Positions 12,415 through 24,219 are shown, counted from the whole stretch's first letter. The stretch is 59,369 nucleotides of DNA, filler included, from Nemertoderma westbladi (GCA_032718475.1; 3 parts of 3 records of this genome joined end to end with filler, not necessarily neighbours in it), one strand, 5' to 3'. Notes: a model not told the origin generated them from the sequence alone. A program made the numbers and translations.

Positions 12415-12955
12415 GGGAGCCGTTACCACCAAAAAGAAGATATAAAGTCAGAATAGAGAATAGAAGTCAAATCAAGAGCTTCAGATAACGGAATACATTA
12501 AAAAAAGGATGTCATACTGTACAAGATAATAAGAAGTTAGAAAACGGAAGTCAGATCAGAAAAATAAATGTACGTTGAAAAGCAGTCAATCTGGGACTAA
12601 TCTCCATCTGATTCTGAAGTTGATAGACAAAGTTCACTAAGTTGAAGATTGATAAAAAAATTAAAAAGTGTCTCATAAATTAGGTATGCAATACATTGTA
12701 TGCTATCATTCCACCGGTACCAATACCGGTAGCGGCACATCCAGAAAGGTACGATAGGCTTTCGTTGTTCTCAGCATAAGATATTTCAGAAGCATTTCTG
12801 ACTTCAATTTCTCTATTTTGACTTCTTGTTCTGACTATCGCTTTCTAACAGAGTCAAATCCTACATTTTTATGATTTCCATTAATTTTTTTCTTTATATT
12901 CTGTATTGTGAATTCACTTTGGTGGTAACGACCAAATGGCCGTTACCACCACATA
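12415..12955. mobile_element. Possible MITE remnant
   Basis: CGTTACCACCAAA at about 12421 is inverted against TTTGGTGGTAACG at about 12918. Weaker inverted similarity internally. Termini not resolved. Confidence 0.35.
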
Positions 12956-14506
12956 ATTTTTTAATTACATGGTATATTTTTTTAAATAATATAATTTATA
13001 ATTATAATTTTTTTTAACAACAAAAAGTTTCATCAGCAATAATTTGGTAATGTTAGAATAAACCTATAGTCCTACATACTTGTTCCAAAACAATTTTTAC
13101 AAAGTTCTGAACCTCGAGAATTTTCACTCAATACGTTCGTTCGTGTAACTCGGATCGCGACACTGCAAAGTGCACCTTTACATACAATGAATTATGTACA
13201 GCGATATTAATCAATTTGCATACCGTTTTAGTTCATTAGAAATGTTTAGTCTTGTTTTTTATACTTATAGTGATAAATATTATGGATTTCTATAGAATTG
13301 ACGCCTGTAATATATGTAATACGTATAGTTGCGCAGAATGTTTATACGTTGATGTAATAATAAATACGTACGGTAGTAGTAGTTGCTGTAACGAGGCGTT
13401 ATTGACGCCTCTATAACGTTATAAAGACCACAGTCTGCAAGAATCCCAAATAATGTTTATGAGTGTTAATTGGTGGTAATAATCGCCGATCATAAAATTA
13501 ATTATTAAAATTGAAAATGTTACAAATACCAATTACTTAAATTTTAAAATTTAAATGTAACAGCTTGATGGATAAATCTCTCCACAATGTGGTGTAGTTA
13601 CACATGTATATATAGTCACCATCCCATTTATATACCGTTCTAAAGTTAGGAAAGATAGGCAAGGACTACATTATTTTCACTCGACTAACCTTCAGAAACT
13701 CCTTACAAAGAGAAATGGAACGAACAATACTTGGACTGGTACCAGATGTATGTCGTGTTAATCTGAAAACTATTACGCTATCCTTAGCGACTCCGGTCGA
13801 GTGTAAATCTAGTGGAACTCGCTTCATTATTTCCTTTTAATATTCAGCGTTTGTCAACCGAAAGAGAAACTCCCTTCTCTCTTAGCGCAGTTGTTAATAC
13901 AGCTTTGGTGAACTAAAGCAATTTATTGGGAAGGAATACTCCACATCATTGGGTGTTGGGACAGTACAATAAATGCCTTAGTTTATCTGTCAAATTGAGA
14001 AGATTATAAATTATTGGAATGTCAGTGAAATATCTTAGGCTGCCTGCATACTAGCTTAATAACAGTCAAGAGTAGTGATTGGCCAGGTGTTCTTTCCTAC
14101 TGGCAAGGGAGATACAGCAGCTCTGATTTACCTGGCTTACTGGATATTCTACACCACAATCCAATATTGGAGGCAGCAGGTCATACCTATTTGCAGGGAA
14201 ATTGGCTAAATTACGAAATCGGTTATTTGTTGTATTTATATCTATGTGTATTCATATTTAATTGTCCTAATTCATAAATGGTCACTCAGAAGTTAAAATA
14301 GTCTTATATTACTTTCATTTGTTTATAAACGACTGGCAATTCAGCAATTGCAATTTCTTAGTTCATTAATTAACAATTACAGAATTATTCGCATTTTTTA
14401 TGAATTGATTAATATGCCTAATTTTGATAATAGTTTACATTTTGTATGTATAGCACCCACTGTACATAAGTAACATAAGTAACATAATAGGGCAGAGGGA
14501 GTGGCT

Positions 14507-14902
14507 GTGGCCGTACTAGAGACTTGTTTCTAGATAAGTTCCTAAATTGTAGATGACGTGGCCATCCTAGAGACTTGTTTCTAGAGAAGTGCCTAAATTG
14601 CAGATGACGTGGCCATCCTAGAGACTTATTTCTAGAGAAGTGCCTAAATTGCAGATGACGTGGCCGTCCTAGAGACTTGTTTCTAGAGAAGTGCCTAAAT
14701 TGCAGATGACGTGGCCGTCCTAGAGACTTGTTTCTAGAGAAGTGCCTAAATTGCAGATGACGTGGCCGTCCTAGAGACTTGTTTCTAGAGAAGTGCCTAA
14801 ATTGCAGATGACGTGGCCGTCCTAGAGACTTGTTTCTAGAGAAGTGCCTAAATTGCAGATGACGTGGCCGTCCTAGAGACTTGTTTCTAGAGAAGTGCCT
14901 AT
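14507..14902. repeat. 51-bp tandem repeat (about 8 copies) running into a gap
   Basis: GTGGCCGTCCTAGAGACTTGTTTCTAGAGAAGTGCCTAAATTGCAGATGAC at 14507+51n. Confidence 0.95.
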
Positions 14903-15002
14903 NNNNNNNNNNNNNNNNNNNNNNNNNNNNNNNNNNNNNNNNNNNNTTAATTAATTAANNNNNNNNNNNNNNNNNNNNNNNNNNNNNNNNNNNNNNNNNN
15001 NN
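14903..15002. other. Assembly gap with synthetic TTAATTAATTAA spacer
   Basis: N run, a 12-mer giving stops in all frames, then an N run; 100 bp total. Confidence 0.98.
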
Positions 15003-15205
15003 CGCATTAAATATAATATATACGTAATTAAGTAATAAACGCGAATATATATTGCACTAATCTACTAAATAATCGCTAAAATAACATTCTACTGAATAAA
15101 ATTAAAGAAAACGATTATAATAAAATTACATAGTAATACATACAGAAATATAAAAATAATAAAATAATATAAAATAATAGAGTCACACACCCACTCCATA
15201 TGTTG

Positions 15206-16513
15206 TTACGTTATGGAGTCCCTAGATGTTTGAAGGATTAGGGAGGTGGTCGTGGGAAGAGAATCTTGCCGTCCACAGTTTCCGGAGAGTCCTCCATTCC
15301 CTTCCGATAAACACAAACGACCGACTGGGTGATTGAGTCGCTGCATCCTGAATACAATTCCAGGTTTCCTCTTCGTCCTGGAATAGTGACGATAGAAACA
15401 TCGCTCAAAGTATATGACGGCGTCACAAAGCCGATTCCAGGAGCTATAGTGGTCCGTCGCTCTCTGCAGGAGAGGTGAGAGTCCCTGCGAGACGTCTGAT
15501 GTTCCAAAGCTCCAATCGCTCTCTCTGATCTTCATGAAGGATCCACTCGCGGTGGGGAGGCCCAGATCCACGGCGTCGTCCCTGGCAACATGTAATACCG
15601 ACAGATCTATCCCGGGTTCAAATAACTCCGATCCACCCGTCCGGGTTTCAGGTTCGACTTTCTCCGCTCCCTTGGCTGGTCTAATCTCAGTCGGAGTAAG
15701 ATGGGGAGGCCATTCATTCTCCTTACTCAGGAAGTCGGGTTCACCTAACCGGTCTATAGTATCTGTCAGTTCTTGAGGAGTTGCTCCTCTGGAAGCGATG
15801 TCCGTTGGATTAAACTTCTTGGGGCAATATCTCCATTGATCTACATTGGAGCTAAGATTGTCATTATCTGAGGAGTGTGGTGTTCCCTCAGTTGGGTCGT
15901 CTCCCTCACTAGTATCATCTTCCCATTCACTCACCTGGCAGACGCGATCTTGAAGCAGTCTTTCCCTGAGCGTTCTACGGGAAGGTCCAGTAAGGTACCA
16001 ACCTACTCTAGTTCTTACCGCATAGGTCTGTAGTGGCTGCGGTTGAGCAGGTCGTTTCTCTAATGTCTCCAGCGCCTCATGCGCGTTTTGGCCGATGAGT
16101 ATTTGCACTCCAGGATAATCAGTCTGAAATCGAGGTATGTTAAGATGTTGGATGCTCTCATCCTCGTCCCAATTATAAAGGTCTGCTTGAGTAGTAGCGA
16201 AGTTCTTTATAGCCACCATTTTCACTGACCTTATGCTATGTTCTCCTAGTTCGTCCTGGGGGGTGGACAACGCGCCTACATAATAATCAGCTGTTACTGT
16301 AGATTTCCAAACTTGCATGATTCCTGACATGTTTAGCTTGGTTCGGAACTTGGGTTGTCCAGCAAAGATGACTTCGGCTAGTTCTTTATCGATGAATGTT
16401 CCTGTGCTACCGGAGTCCAGGAGGGCGTTCACTATATAGCTCTTCTGAGGTCCGTGGACCCGTAACTGGACTACAGGAAATTCTCGGATTCCTATATTGG
16501 AAGTTGGCGCTTT
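15206..16513 (-). pseudogene. pol: BEL aspartic protease fused in frame to the end of RNase H (RT deleted)
   Basis: ALLDSGSTGTFI protease motif, ILIGQN and TRVGWYLTGP, then directly WRYCPKKFNPTDIASRG (RNase H end) and YSSWNRL. Confidence 0.88.
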
Positions 16514-19500
16514 TCAAGATGGTTGTTGATCTGAAGTAGTTAGGGTGAGGTCGCTGTCTGTGTCTTTTTCATACACGAGTGCTCGATACACTGCGGTGGT
16601 GTTTATTAGGTAACAGGATTCGTTTTGGTCGGAGAACTCGTCCGTATAGAATCCTTCCATCTCAGATTGATCAGTGTCGTTCACATCACTGAATTGGACA
16701 TGTAGTTCGGACTCACTTACCTGACTCGGGCTGTTTCGTTCGAATTCCGTGTGCAATAAGATATGATGTTTTGCGCCGCACTGTGCACACCTTGCGTCGG
16801 AGTTACAGGTTCGCCGTTGGTGTCCTCGTCTGAGGCAATTATAACACAACCGCTTATCCCACATGACTTCACGTCTCTCTGTTAATGATTTCTTTAGAAA
16901 TTCATCACATCTATTCAAATGGTGGGTCCCGTCACACAGCACACATTTCGGTTTGATGTTACTTACCTTATTTTGAGTCACATTGTGTACACTTGCCTTT
17001 TCTTCGGGCTTTCTCACCTGAATTCTCTTGGGAGACGTAGGAGGAGTTTTTCTTACCTGTTCTCTCCTGTCATTTGATCGAGACTTGAATTTACTCACCT
17101 GATCTTTAGGCATTTTATTGACATAAGATCTGTCAGTGTCTTTCCCGCTGTCCTCTCCTTGAGAAGTTTGGCTTTCACCGTCGTCGGTATAACATACTGG
17201 TATTACCCTTCTCCTAGAAACGGGTTTCTCACTTACCTTACTTTCCGCTGTCTTCTCTCTGGACTGCTTTATGAGCTGTAATTTCACCTCGCTATCCAGG
17301 AATGACATGAGATCAGCCATGGTAGGGTCTCGTTGTTGTTGTTCCATCATATATAACACTTTCTTATCCCAGCGTGTACCTACTCCACCTTTAGGTAAAG
17401 TAGAAGCCACTGCTCTAATAACCATAGTGTTCTGATACTCATGAGACTTACCCAGCCAGTCTAATTGTCTGCAGATCTCCTGGATCTCATCGGAAAACTC
17501 GATAATCCCGCTACTAATAAACTTTCGGGGCGCTACTAACTTGGCATACAAGTACCCAGCGATATTATTCCTATTACCATACCTGATGTTTAGTGTATCC
17601 CAAACTTGTCTTAATCCGTCTGGATGTCCAATAAACTTTAACGCCATTAACTTGGGAGATCCTTCCAAGCACTCGATGAGGTATCTAAGTTTTTCTCCAT
17701 TAGATAGTACAGAGTTCTGTATGTTATCTTTGTAATATTCATTAAAAGGTAACCATTTCATCTCATCTCCATTGAACTTGACGATCTCTCCAACCTTTAC
17801 CGCTTGCCGGGCTTCGGTTCTAGCCATTTGACGCGTAAAACTTTCCTGGGCCATCGTGCTATTTAATATCGAGTTATCGGTATATAAATTTCTCGGATTA
17901 TGATCCGGTCTATAGGGAATATCACTATCAACAGGTCTATAATTACCCTTAATAGGGTTCACTATAGGAGTTTCTACTTCGCTAGCAGTATAGATGCGTG
18001 TAGGCTCCACACCTTGCGCATGAGATACTTCAGACCTAATGGGTTGACACATTGTTACAGAGGGTGGTGGTATACCCTTTTGGGTATTTACTAATTTATC
18101 GCGTTCAAGCGCGATACTTTGCTGCACTTCTTGCAACTCTAGCCTACTTTCCCTTACTGTGCCCTTGAATTGCAGGACAGTCTCCTGCATCTGCCCGAGC
18201 AGGATGTCCATCCCCCGCCGTCTCTCGTCCACCCATTCGACCGCCGAAGCGGGAGTCGCCAACGTTGTAGCGGGCGGACGAGGGACAACGGGCGACAAAT
18301 TATGAATATTTCGCTCGGGGTCCAGGACCTGAACTGTCTCTGGGGCAGTTCTACGGGGCACAGGTAGCTTAGTGCTATGCAGAGGGAATTTAGAAGTAGT
18401 TTCAGGGAGCACAGGTGTATCTATCACCGAAGGGGTGATTTCAAGAACAGGCCTAATTATTTCAGGCTCATCTACTATAGTAGGGAGTCTTTCTATTTTA
18501 ATTATTTGGTCTGTGGGCTCTGTACTACCTAAGTTGGTGTTATTTAGTTGCCTTCTAACAGCTGGAGGCAAATCAGGCAATTTCTGACGGTGGAATGTTC
18601 TTTTACGTCTGCTTAGACGAGATCTATTTCCTTTGCCTTCAGTATCGGTGGTATCGCCTTCCTCAGATGATGTATATCCCTGTCTTTTGGGAGTAGATCG
18701 ATCCATCATCTGCATATTACTAGCTGTTAACTGTTTATTTATGCAGTCTTGATTCTCCTGAATGTTTTCCAATTCTAATTGGGTGGTTTCTTCAGCCGCT
18801 CTCCGTTCTGCTTCTGCCACTTTTGCCTCTGCCGCTGCCTCGGCTGCTGCCTCTGCCGATTTTGCCTCTGCCGCTGCCTCTGCCGCTTTTGCCTCTGCCG
18901 CTGCCTCTGCCGCTTTTGCCTTGGCCGCTGCCTCTGCCGCTTTTGCCTTGGCCGCTGCCTCTGCCGCTTTTGCCTTGGCCGCTGCCTCTGCCGCTTTTGC
19001 CTTGGCCGCTGCCTCTGCCGCCTTTGCCTCTGCCGCTGCCTCTGCCGCTTTTGCCTTGGCCGCTACCTCTGCCGCCTTTGCCTTGGCCGCCGCCGCCTTT
19101 CTTTCTGCTTCTGCAGCTACCACTGCTGCTTTCTTTCTGTCTTCTATACGTTTTTTCTTTACTTGTTCTTCTTGAACTCGTGTGATGCGGAGTTGTTCAT
19201 CGAATTTAGCCTGATTCGCAGCCCTCATTTCCACATCGATGGCATCCAACACAAGCTTGGTTCCTTCACTATTAGGGCTAAGTCCATCTAACCTTCTCCT
19301 CAACTCGTCATCACCTAAAAAACGTTGATAGTCTGACAGATAGATGTCAATGGCATCCCTCTTATGCGGTTTCTCTGCCGTCGATTCACTTTCCACTTGG
19401 GAAGAAATAGCGTCCGTTGATTCTCCATGGGTTGAGCGCTCCTCCAATTGAGCTTTCCACTGAGCTGCTCCTTGAACCTGGCGACTCACCCTTTGAAACC

Positions 19501-20308
19501 AAGTCTTTACGGCAACTTGCAACGACGTGTCTTGTTTTCTTTTAGAAGCCTCCTCAAAGGCGGATAAGATTAGCCTAATCCGCAAAACTCTTTCTCTAAC
19601 TTGATAAAGCAGCGATCCCTGCTCTTGAGGTCCTTGAGGTTGTTGAAACAGTTGTCTCTCTACTCGCTCCATAGAGCTGAAGAATCCCTGGGCGTATCCG
19701 GCTGCGGACCTCTTCCATACAGCTGGATCGATGGTTTCCTTGGCTACTCCCATCCGGTGTATGTCTTCCCAGGCAGCTTCTGATAAATCAAACGGGAGTC
19801 CGGGTCCGGGGAAGTTCCATTGCGACTCGACAATAGACTTCAGTTCTTCACTCGTGTATCCCGCGTAGCTATCTCTAGTTGACCGTTGACTTCTCGCCCA
19901 ATCGATCTGGTGTTCTTCCACCGCGATCAATAACCCAGCGAGCACGGCTGCAGGAAGGATGAGAAGGGGATCCGTATAAACCGCATCCGTCATCTCTGCT
20001 CCGCTCTCGGGTGTCAGCTCTACAGTATCCTCACTACTGGAGCTGCTGGGCCGCTGAGGAATAAGTTCTTGACTAACGGGTTGTTGCTGTTCCGCTGCTT
20101 CTTGGTCCCGCTTGACCTGAGCTCGGGTGCCTATGATAGACCTACGATGTTGGACCAGCCTAGGTTCTTTTATTACTACTGGAGGGATGACTTTCCTCAC
20201 AGTGGGGGGTGAACTGGACTTACGACCAGACGGTTCTACGTCTCTATCTGAGTCGCAGATAGTTACATCCAATAAACTGTCTGACAGGTTCTGCTTAGTA
20301 TCAGACAT
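16514..20308 (-). CDS. gag: BEL/Pao Gag, 1264 aa, intact
   Basis: DUF1759-like KFNGDEMKWLPF..EKLRYL..L.G. Three BEL-type knuckles: CVLCDGTHHLNRC, CYNCLRRGHQRRTC and CAQCGAKHHILLH. Long N-terminal extension with Ala/Lys/Glu repeats. Confidence 0.93.
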   Translation of the reverse strand: MSDTKQNLSDSLLDVTICDSDRDVEPSGRKSSSPPTVRKVIPPVVIKEPRLVQHRRSIIGTRAQVKRDQEAAEQQQPVSQELIPQRPSSSSSEDTVELTPESGAEMTDAVYTDPLLILPAAVLAGLLIAVEEHQIDWARSQRSTRDSYAGYTSEELKSIVESQWNFPGPGLPFDLSEAAWEDIHRMGVAKETIDPAVWKRSAAGYAQGFFSSMERVERQLFQQPQGPQEQGSLLYQVRERVLRIRLILSAFEEASKRKQDTSLQVAVKTWFQRVSRQVQGAAQWKAQLEERSTHGESTDAISSQVESESTAEKPHKRDAIDIYLSDYQRFLGDDELRRRLDGLSPNSEGTKLVLDAIDVEMRAANQAKFDEQLRITRVQEEQVKKKRIEDRKKAAVVAAEAERKAAAAKAKAAEVAAKAKAAEAAAEAKAAEAAAKAKAAEAAAKAKAAEAAAKAKAAEAAAKAKAAEAAAEAKAAEAAAEAKSAEAAAEAAAEAKVAEAERRAAEETTQLELENIQENQDCINKQLTASNMQMMDRSTPKRQGYTSSEEGDTTDTEGKGNRSRLSRRKRTFHRQKLPDLPPAVRRQLNNTNLGSTEPTDQIIKIERLPTIVDEPEIIRPVLEITPSVIDTPVLPETTSKFPLHSTKLPVPRRTAPETVQVLDPERNIHNLSPVVPRPPATTLATPASAVEWVDERRRGMDILLGQMQETVLQFKGTVRESRLELQEVQQSIALERDKLVNTQKGIPPPSVTMCQPIRSEVSHAQGVEPTRIYTASEVETPIVNPIKGNYRPVDSDIPYRPDHNPRNLYTDNSILNSTMAQESFTRQMARTEARQAVKVGEIVKFNGDEMKWLPFNEYYKDNIQNSVLSNGEKLRYLIECLEGSPKLMALKFIGHPDGLRQVWDTLNIRYGNRNNIAGYLYAKLVAPRKFISSGIIEFSDEIQEICRQLDWLGKSHEYQNTMVIRAVASTLPKGGVGTRWDKKVLYMMEQQQRDPTMADLMSFLDSEVKLQLIKQSREKTAESKVSEKPVSRRRVIPVCYTDDGESQTSQGEDSGKDTDRSYVNKMPKDQVSKFKSRSNDRREQVRKTPPTSPKRIQVRKPEEKASVHNVTQNKVSNIKPKCVLCDGTHHLNRCDEFLKKSLTERREVMWDKRLCYNCLRRGHQRRTCNSDARCAQCGAKHHILLHTEFERNSPSQVSESELHVQFSDVNDTDQSEMEGFYTDEFSDQNESCYLINTTAVYRALVYEKDTDSDLTLTTSDQQPS
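18820..19100 (-). repeat. 27-bp coding minisatellite (AEAAAKAKA)n in Gag
   Basis: CCGCTGCCTCTGCCGCTTTTGCCTTGG, about 10 copies. Confidence 0.92.
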
Positions 20309-21631
20309 GACTATGTATACCGTTGAATGTCTACTGCTGTATTACAGTCTGAGCAAGTCTAGTAACTCAGTATTAACTGCTAGCCTAGTAATTAATTACC
20401 GGTACTGCTACTCAGTGTAGCGTGATATATATAATATATTAGAATACCGGTATGCTTATAGTATATATAACTATTATTACAGACTAGGTTTATCACAGAA
20501 TACCGGTATAATTTTAGCACAAATATATATAAATATATAATAGGCCTATCGGAATACCGGTATACAGCTTACAGTTTGTAGTATATATAATTCTGGACTA
20601 GAATTAATTACAAGTACCGGTATAATTTCAGCCGAAATTTATAGAAATAAAGATAATAGGCCTATCGTAAATACCGGTATATCAATTATTTTAAATAATT
20701 GAATTTCTGAATTTTAGGGTTACTTGGTTACTTTACTTACTTTATTACCGTTATTTGAGCAGTAATCCAACTGATATTGAGACCTAATGGTTGTATGGTA
20801 GGCCTACGATTTATAAATCGTTAGATTTGATTTATAATATATATATACCCGTTTTAATGGGTTTTGTCAATGTTTGAAATAAATGTTATTATTTCTGGGG
20901 AGTAATCACTACACAAAGCGGTGCGCTTTCAATGAAGTGTTACTTATAAGACACTAAAACAAATAATTCTAATTTACCTAAGTTACTTAATACTACAAAT
21001 TACGTACAATTCGGGTTGAGATTACAATCTCTAAATAAACACAAAATTTACAAAAAAAAAAACACAAAATACGAATTTTTAGGGTAATTTTACAAGAAGT
21101 TTACAAACCAGCCTAACAAAGGGTTAGAAAACTGGTTATTACACGGACAGGGTACTACGGTATTTGAAATAATAAGTAGTAGTAAATACACTGCGTTGTC
21201 TAGATAGGAAAATGCCACCGCCTGACGACCTATAGCCGTATCGCTATAGGTTCTACGTTATGTATCACGGAGTGTTCCTACCTAGAAGTTAATAGAGCTA
21301 ATCGAATGTGCCTATCAACCACTTTACAACACAAATATAATGCCTACACTAATTATTTTCGGAAAGCACTGTACACTAAACCCTAAATTAGGTACGAGTA
21401 CTTATATAACAGATAATCAGTAGTTAAATATACTTGAACAGCTAAAAGAACCACGGCATCTGCTGGAGTGACCGATGCACAAAATCACCAGTCTTTACCT
21501 ACGCCGAGCAGCCCGTGTAGTACCGGGGTTAATTTAACTATAACGGTATGTATAACAAACACAATTACTGTAGGAGCAAACTTGGGGAATGAATGTTGCG
21601 GATAATCGCATAAACTCTGAATAATAAATAT

Positions 21632-22195
21632 TACGCTACGCGTACAAACTACTCAAACAAAATACAGACCGAACACTGACAGACTACTATCAAGCCTAAA
21701 CAAACTACGGTATATGCAGACTCCGAAATGATTAGGGAGTATGCGCTCTAACCCAGTAGTGCGACTTATTCTTTAGTTGGGGGTTTACCTTACAGCGTTC
21801 GCTGCCCCTACTGCCTAACCGTACTTAATCGGACAGATGATCTACACACGCGGCAATCCGTTCAGACCTAATAACAGCCAGACAACTATCCAGCCTACAA
21901 ATTATCTAAATAAAATTATACGCTACCCGTACAGACTTACACAAACAAAGTACAGACTAAACGATGGCAGACTACTCTCAAGCCTAAATAAACTACAGGA
22001 CATGCAGACTCCGAAATGATTAGGGAGTATGCGCTCTAACCCAGTAGTGCGACTTATTCTTTAGTTGGGGGTTTACCTTACAGCGTTCGCTGCCCCTACT
22101 TCCTAACCGTACTTAATCGGACAGGTGATCTACACACACTGCAATTCGTTCGGACTTAACAGCAATCAGACAACAGCTCAGCCTACAAATTGTCT
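21632..22195. repeat. 288-bp tandem duplication in the family-A leader
   Basis: GACTCCGAAATGATTAGGGAG at 21719 and 22007. Confidence 0.9.
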
Positions 22196-22513
22196 GTACA
22201 ATCTGATCAGGTTTACACGCCTTCTGTTCAATACTGGCCTACAAACAAATAAAACTTGACAGAAATAAGTAGAAATCTCAATAAAAAACCAGGGCTGCAG
22301 TCCCTGATTAATTATTAAGGCCTACTGGTATATAATGATCAAATCGAATAATACTGCTGTACCTGTACTGCTGTAGGTACCGGTCCGGGTGGTTAGGTAG
22401 TCAGGCCTACTGGTACCGGTTCTGGCAGTTGGGTCTACTGACCTACAGATGTACCGGTTGACCGGTACTTTCAACTTTATTGCTTACTGCAACAAAGAAT
22501 CTATATCCTTTAA

Positions 22514-23769
22514 TGTTCGCGCTTTCAGACCTTTGGCAGTTTAACCCACCAAATTAAGATGTCTTCTAGATATTAAATCAGTTTTTAGTCTATAACAAGT
22601 ATTTGATTCACTACACTAGTCGAAACCAATCCGTGCGCGACCATTCACCCGCTGGAGATTCCCGGGAGATTGGGTTCGACGGTTTAATTTTATTGCTATG
22701 TAAGCCTAATGTATTATTCGACTGACAGTATTATATAATCTCTGACAATATTATTCACCTTCGGTAATATTAACAGTTCCTTTAGGACGTGGCGCTTTAT
22801 CTATATAAACAGAGTTATGACTTAAACTACTCACAACGATATGGCTTAATTATAATTCACATATATGGCGCATTCTTTAGGAATTGCTTCTTTAACAGAC
22901 TCACTCATACACAATGCTGCACAATACTGCACACTAATCTGCCAATCTTCACTGATTTTAGTCACATATAAAAGGAACACAGGCTGACTCATGTAGGGTC
23001 TATCAAATAACATTGGATTCACTTCAAACCACTTTAACATAAGTCACAATCGTTATTGGTAACCTTTCTCTCTTACCTTCGGTATATCAAGAATATTGGG
23101 TTTCGGGGTTATTTATCGTTATTCCAAATATAATAATTCATCAACCATATTATGAAGAACTGACAGTAAATAGCAGTATAAAACAACAACTGAACACTGA
23201 TTGTTATGAGTTTGCAATGTTTCAGCAGTCAGGATGTATGATCAGTCAGCAGTATGCCGGTCCGCAGGGATTCCATGAGTCGTTAGTTAAAGGATAGGCC
23301 TATATGTCCTTGTAATTAAACCTACTAGTGTAAGACTAAAAACAGTAAAGCACAAAATACTTCCAAGCCGTTCTTTCTTTGGCTCAGGACTGAATGTAAA
23401 CACTGCACATAGGCATTGCGTCATTTCTCGGAAATTTTCTGTACAAGGAGCCACAAAAACGCTCTAATTGGCTGACTGAACTGAGAGACGCCGTAGAACA
23501 AAGGAAATCAACAGGTATGAATGTCAGCTGTTAACCGTAGTCATAGTAACTACTGTTCAAGAGTAGCTATCACCCCTTTGCGTCACGAATTGCCATAGAA
23601 TCATAAAATATGCCTTTCACAGTACACATACGGAGGAAATAGGTCTTAGATCCTCTAAAAACACCGATACAGCAATAATACGGTCTCTTACACTTATTAA
23701 ATCAACTACAGAGTATTTTAATGTAAAAGATAATAAAAATAACGGGGCAATTCAGCAAAGGCTTTTACA
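22514..23769 (-). mobile_element. 5' LTR, family A
   Basis: Minus strand TGTAAAAG...GCGAACA; matches 5151-6356. Confidence 0.85.
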
Positions 23770-24219
23770 AATTGGCAAAGATCAGCCACCTTAACGTCTG
23801 ACTATAAGGTGAGTACCGGTACCGATGTAAGTATTAATGAGCAGGTAAACTGAAAGAAACCGTTGGTACAGTATAGCACTGACTGACAGGACAGACTGAA
23901 AGAAAACTGTAGGGCCTACAGTTTTCTACAGTGTAGGCCCATATACTGTTCTGACTGACTCTAGGGGGAAATCGGACCGAAACTCAACTGGTATGGTAGG
24001 ACATACTGTACAAAGATAAAATAGTAGGTTGCGGAATCCCTGATTTCAGATATAGGCCTACTGTATCATACAGTCATATACTGTGTACGGAGTACTAACA
24101 GTAGTTCCAAGATTCCGGTAACTGAACGATTTATCCTTAGGCTTACCAGTAGGCAAAGACGCACGGCAATATAATTATTCTTTTTAGAAGGCCAGGCGTA
24201 GGTACGTACTAAAAGGTAG

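Larger units (their letters stand above)
15206..23769 (-). mobile_element. BEL/Pao LTR retrotransposon family A (5' LTR, long leader, gag, deleted pol; 3' end lost)
   Basis: LTR 22514-23769, 2.2-kb leader, gag 16514-20308 and protease ORF 15206-16432, all on the minus strand. Confidence 0.92.

Noticed and set aside
14903-15002. TTAATTAATTAA palindrome within N runs (also 44841-44940)
   Set aside because: Identical synthetic scaffold spacer, not biological.
18762-19291. Ala-, Cys/Arg- and Pro/Leu-rich plus-strand ORFs (antifreeze- or metallothionein-like)
   Set aside because: Antisense frames of the Gag minisatellite.
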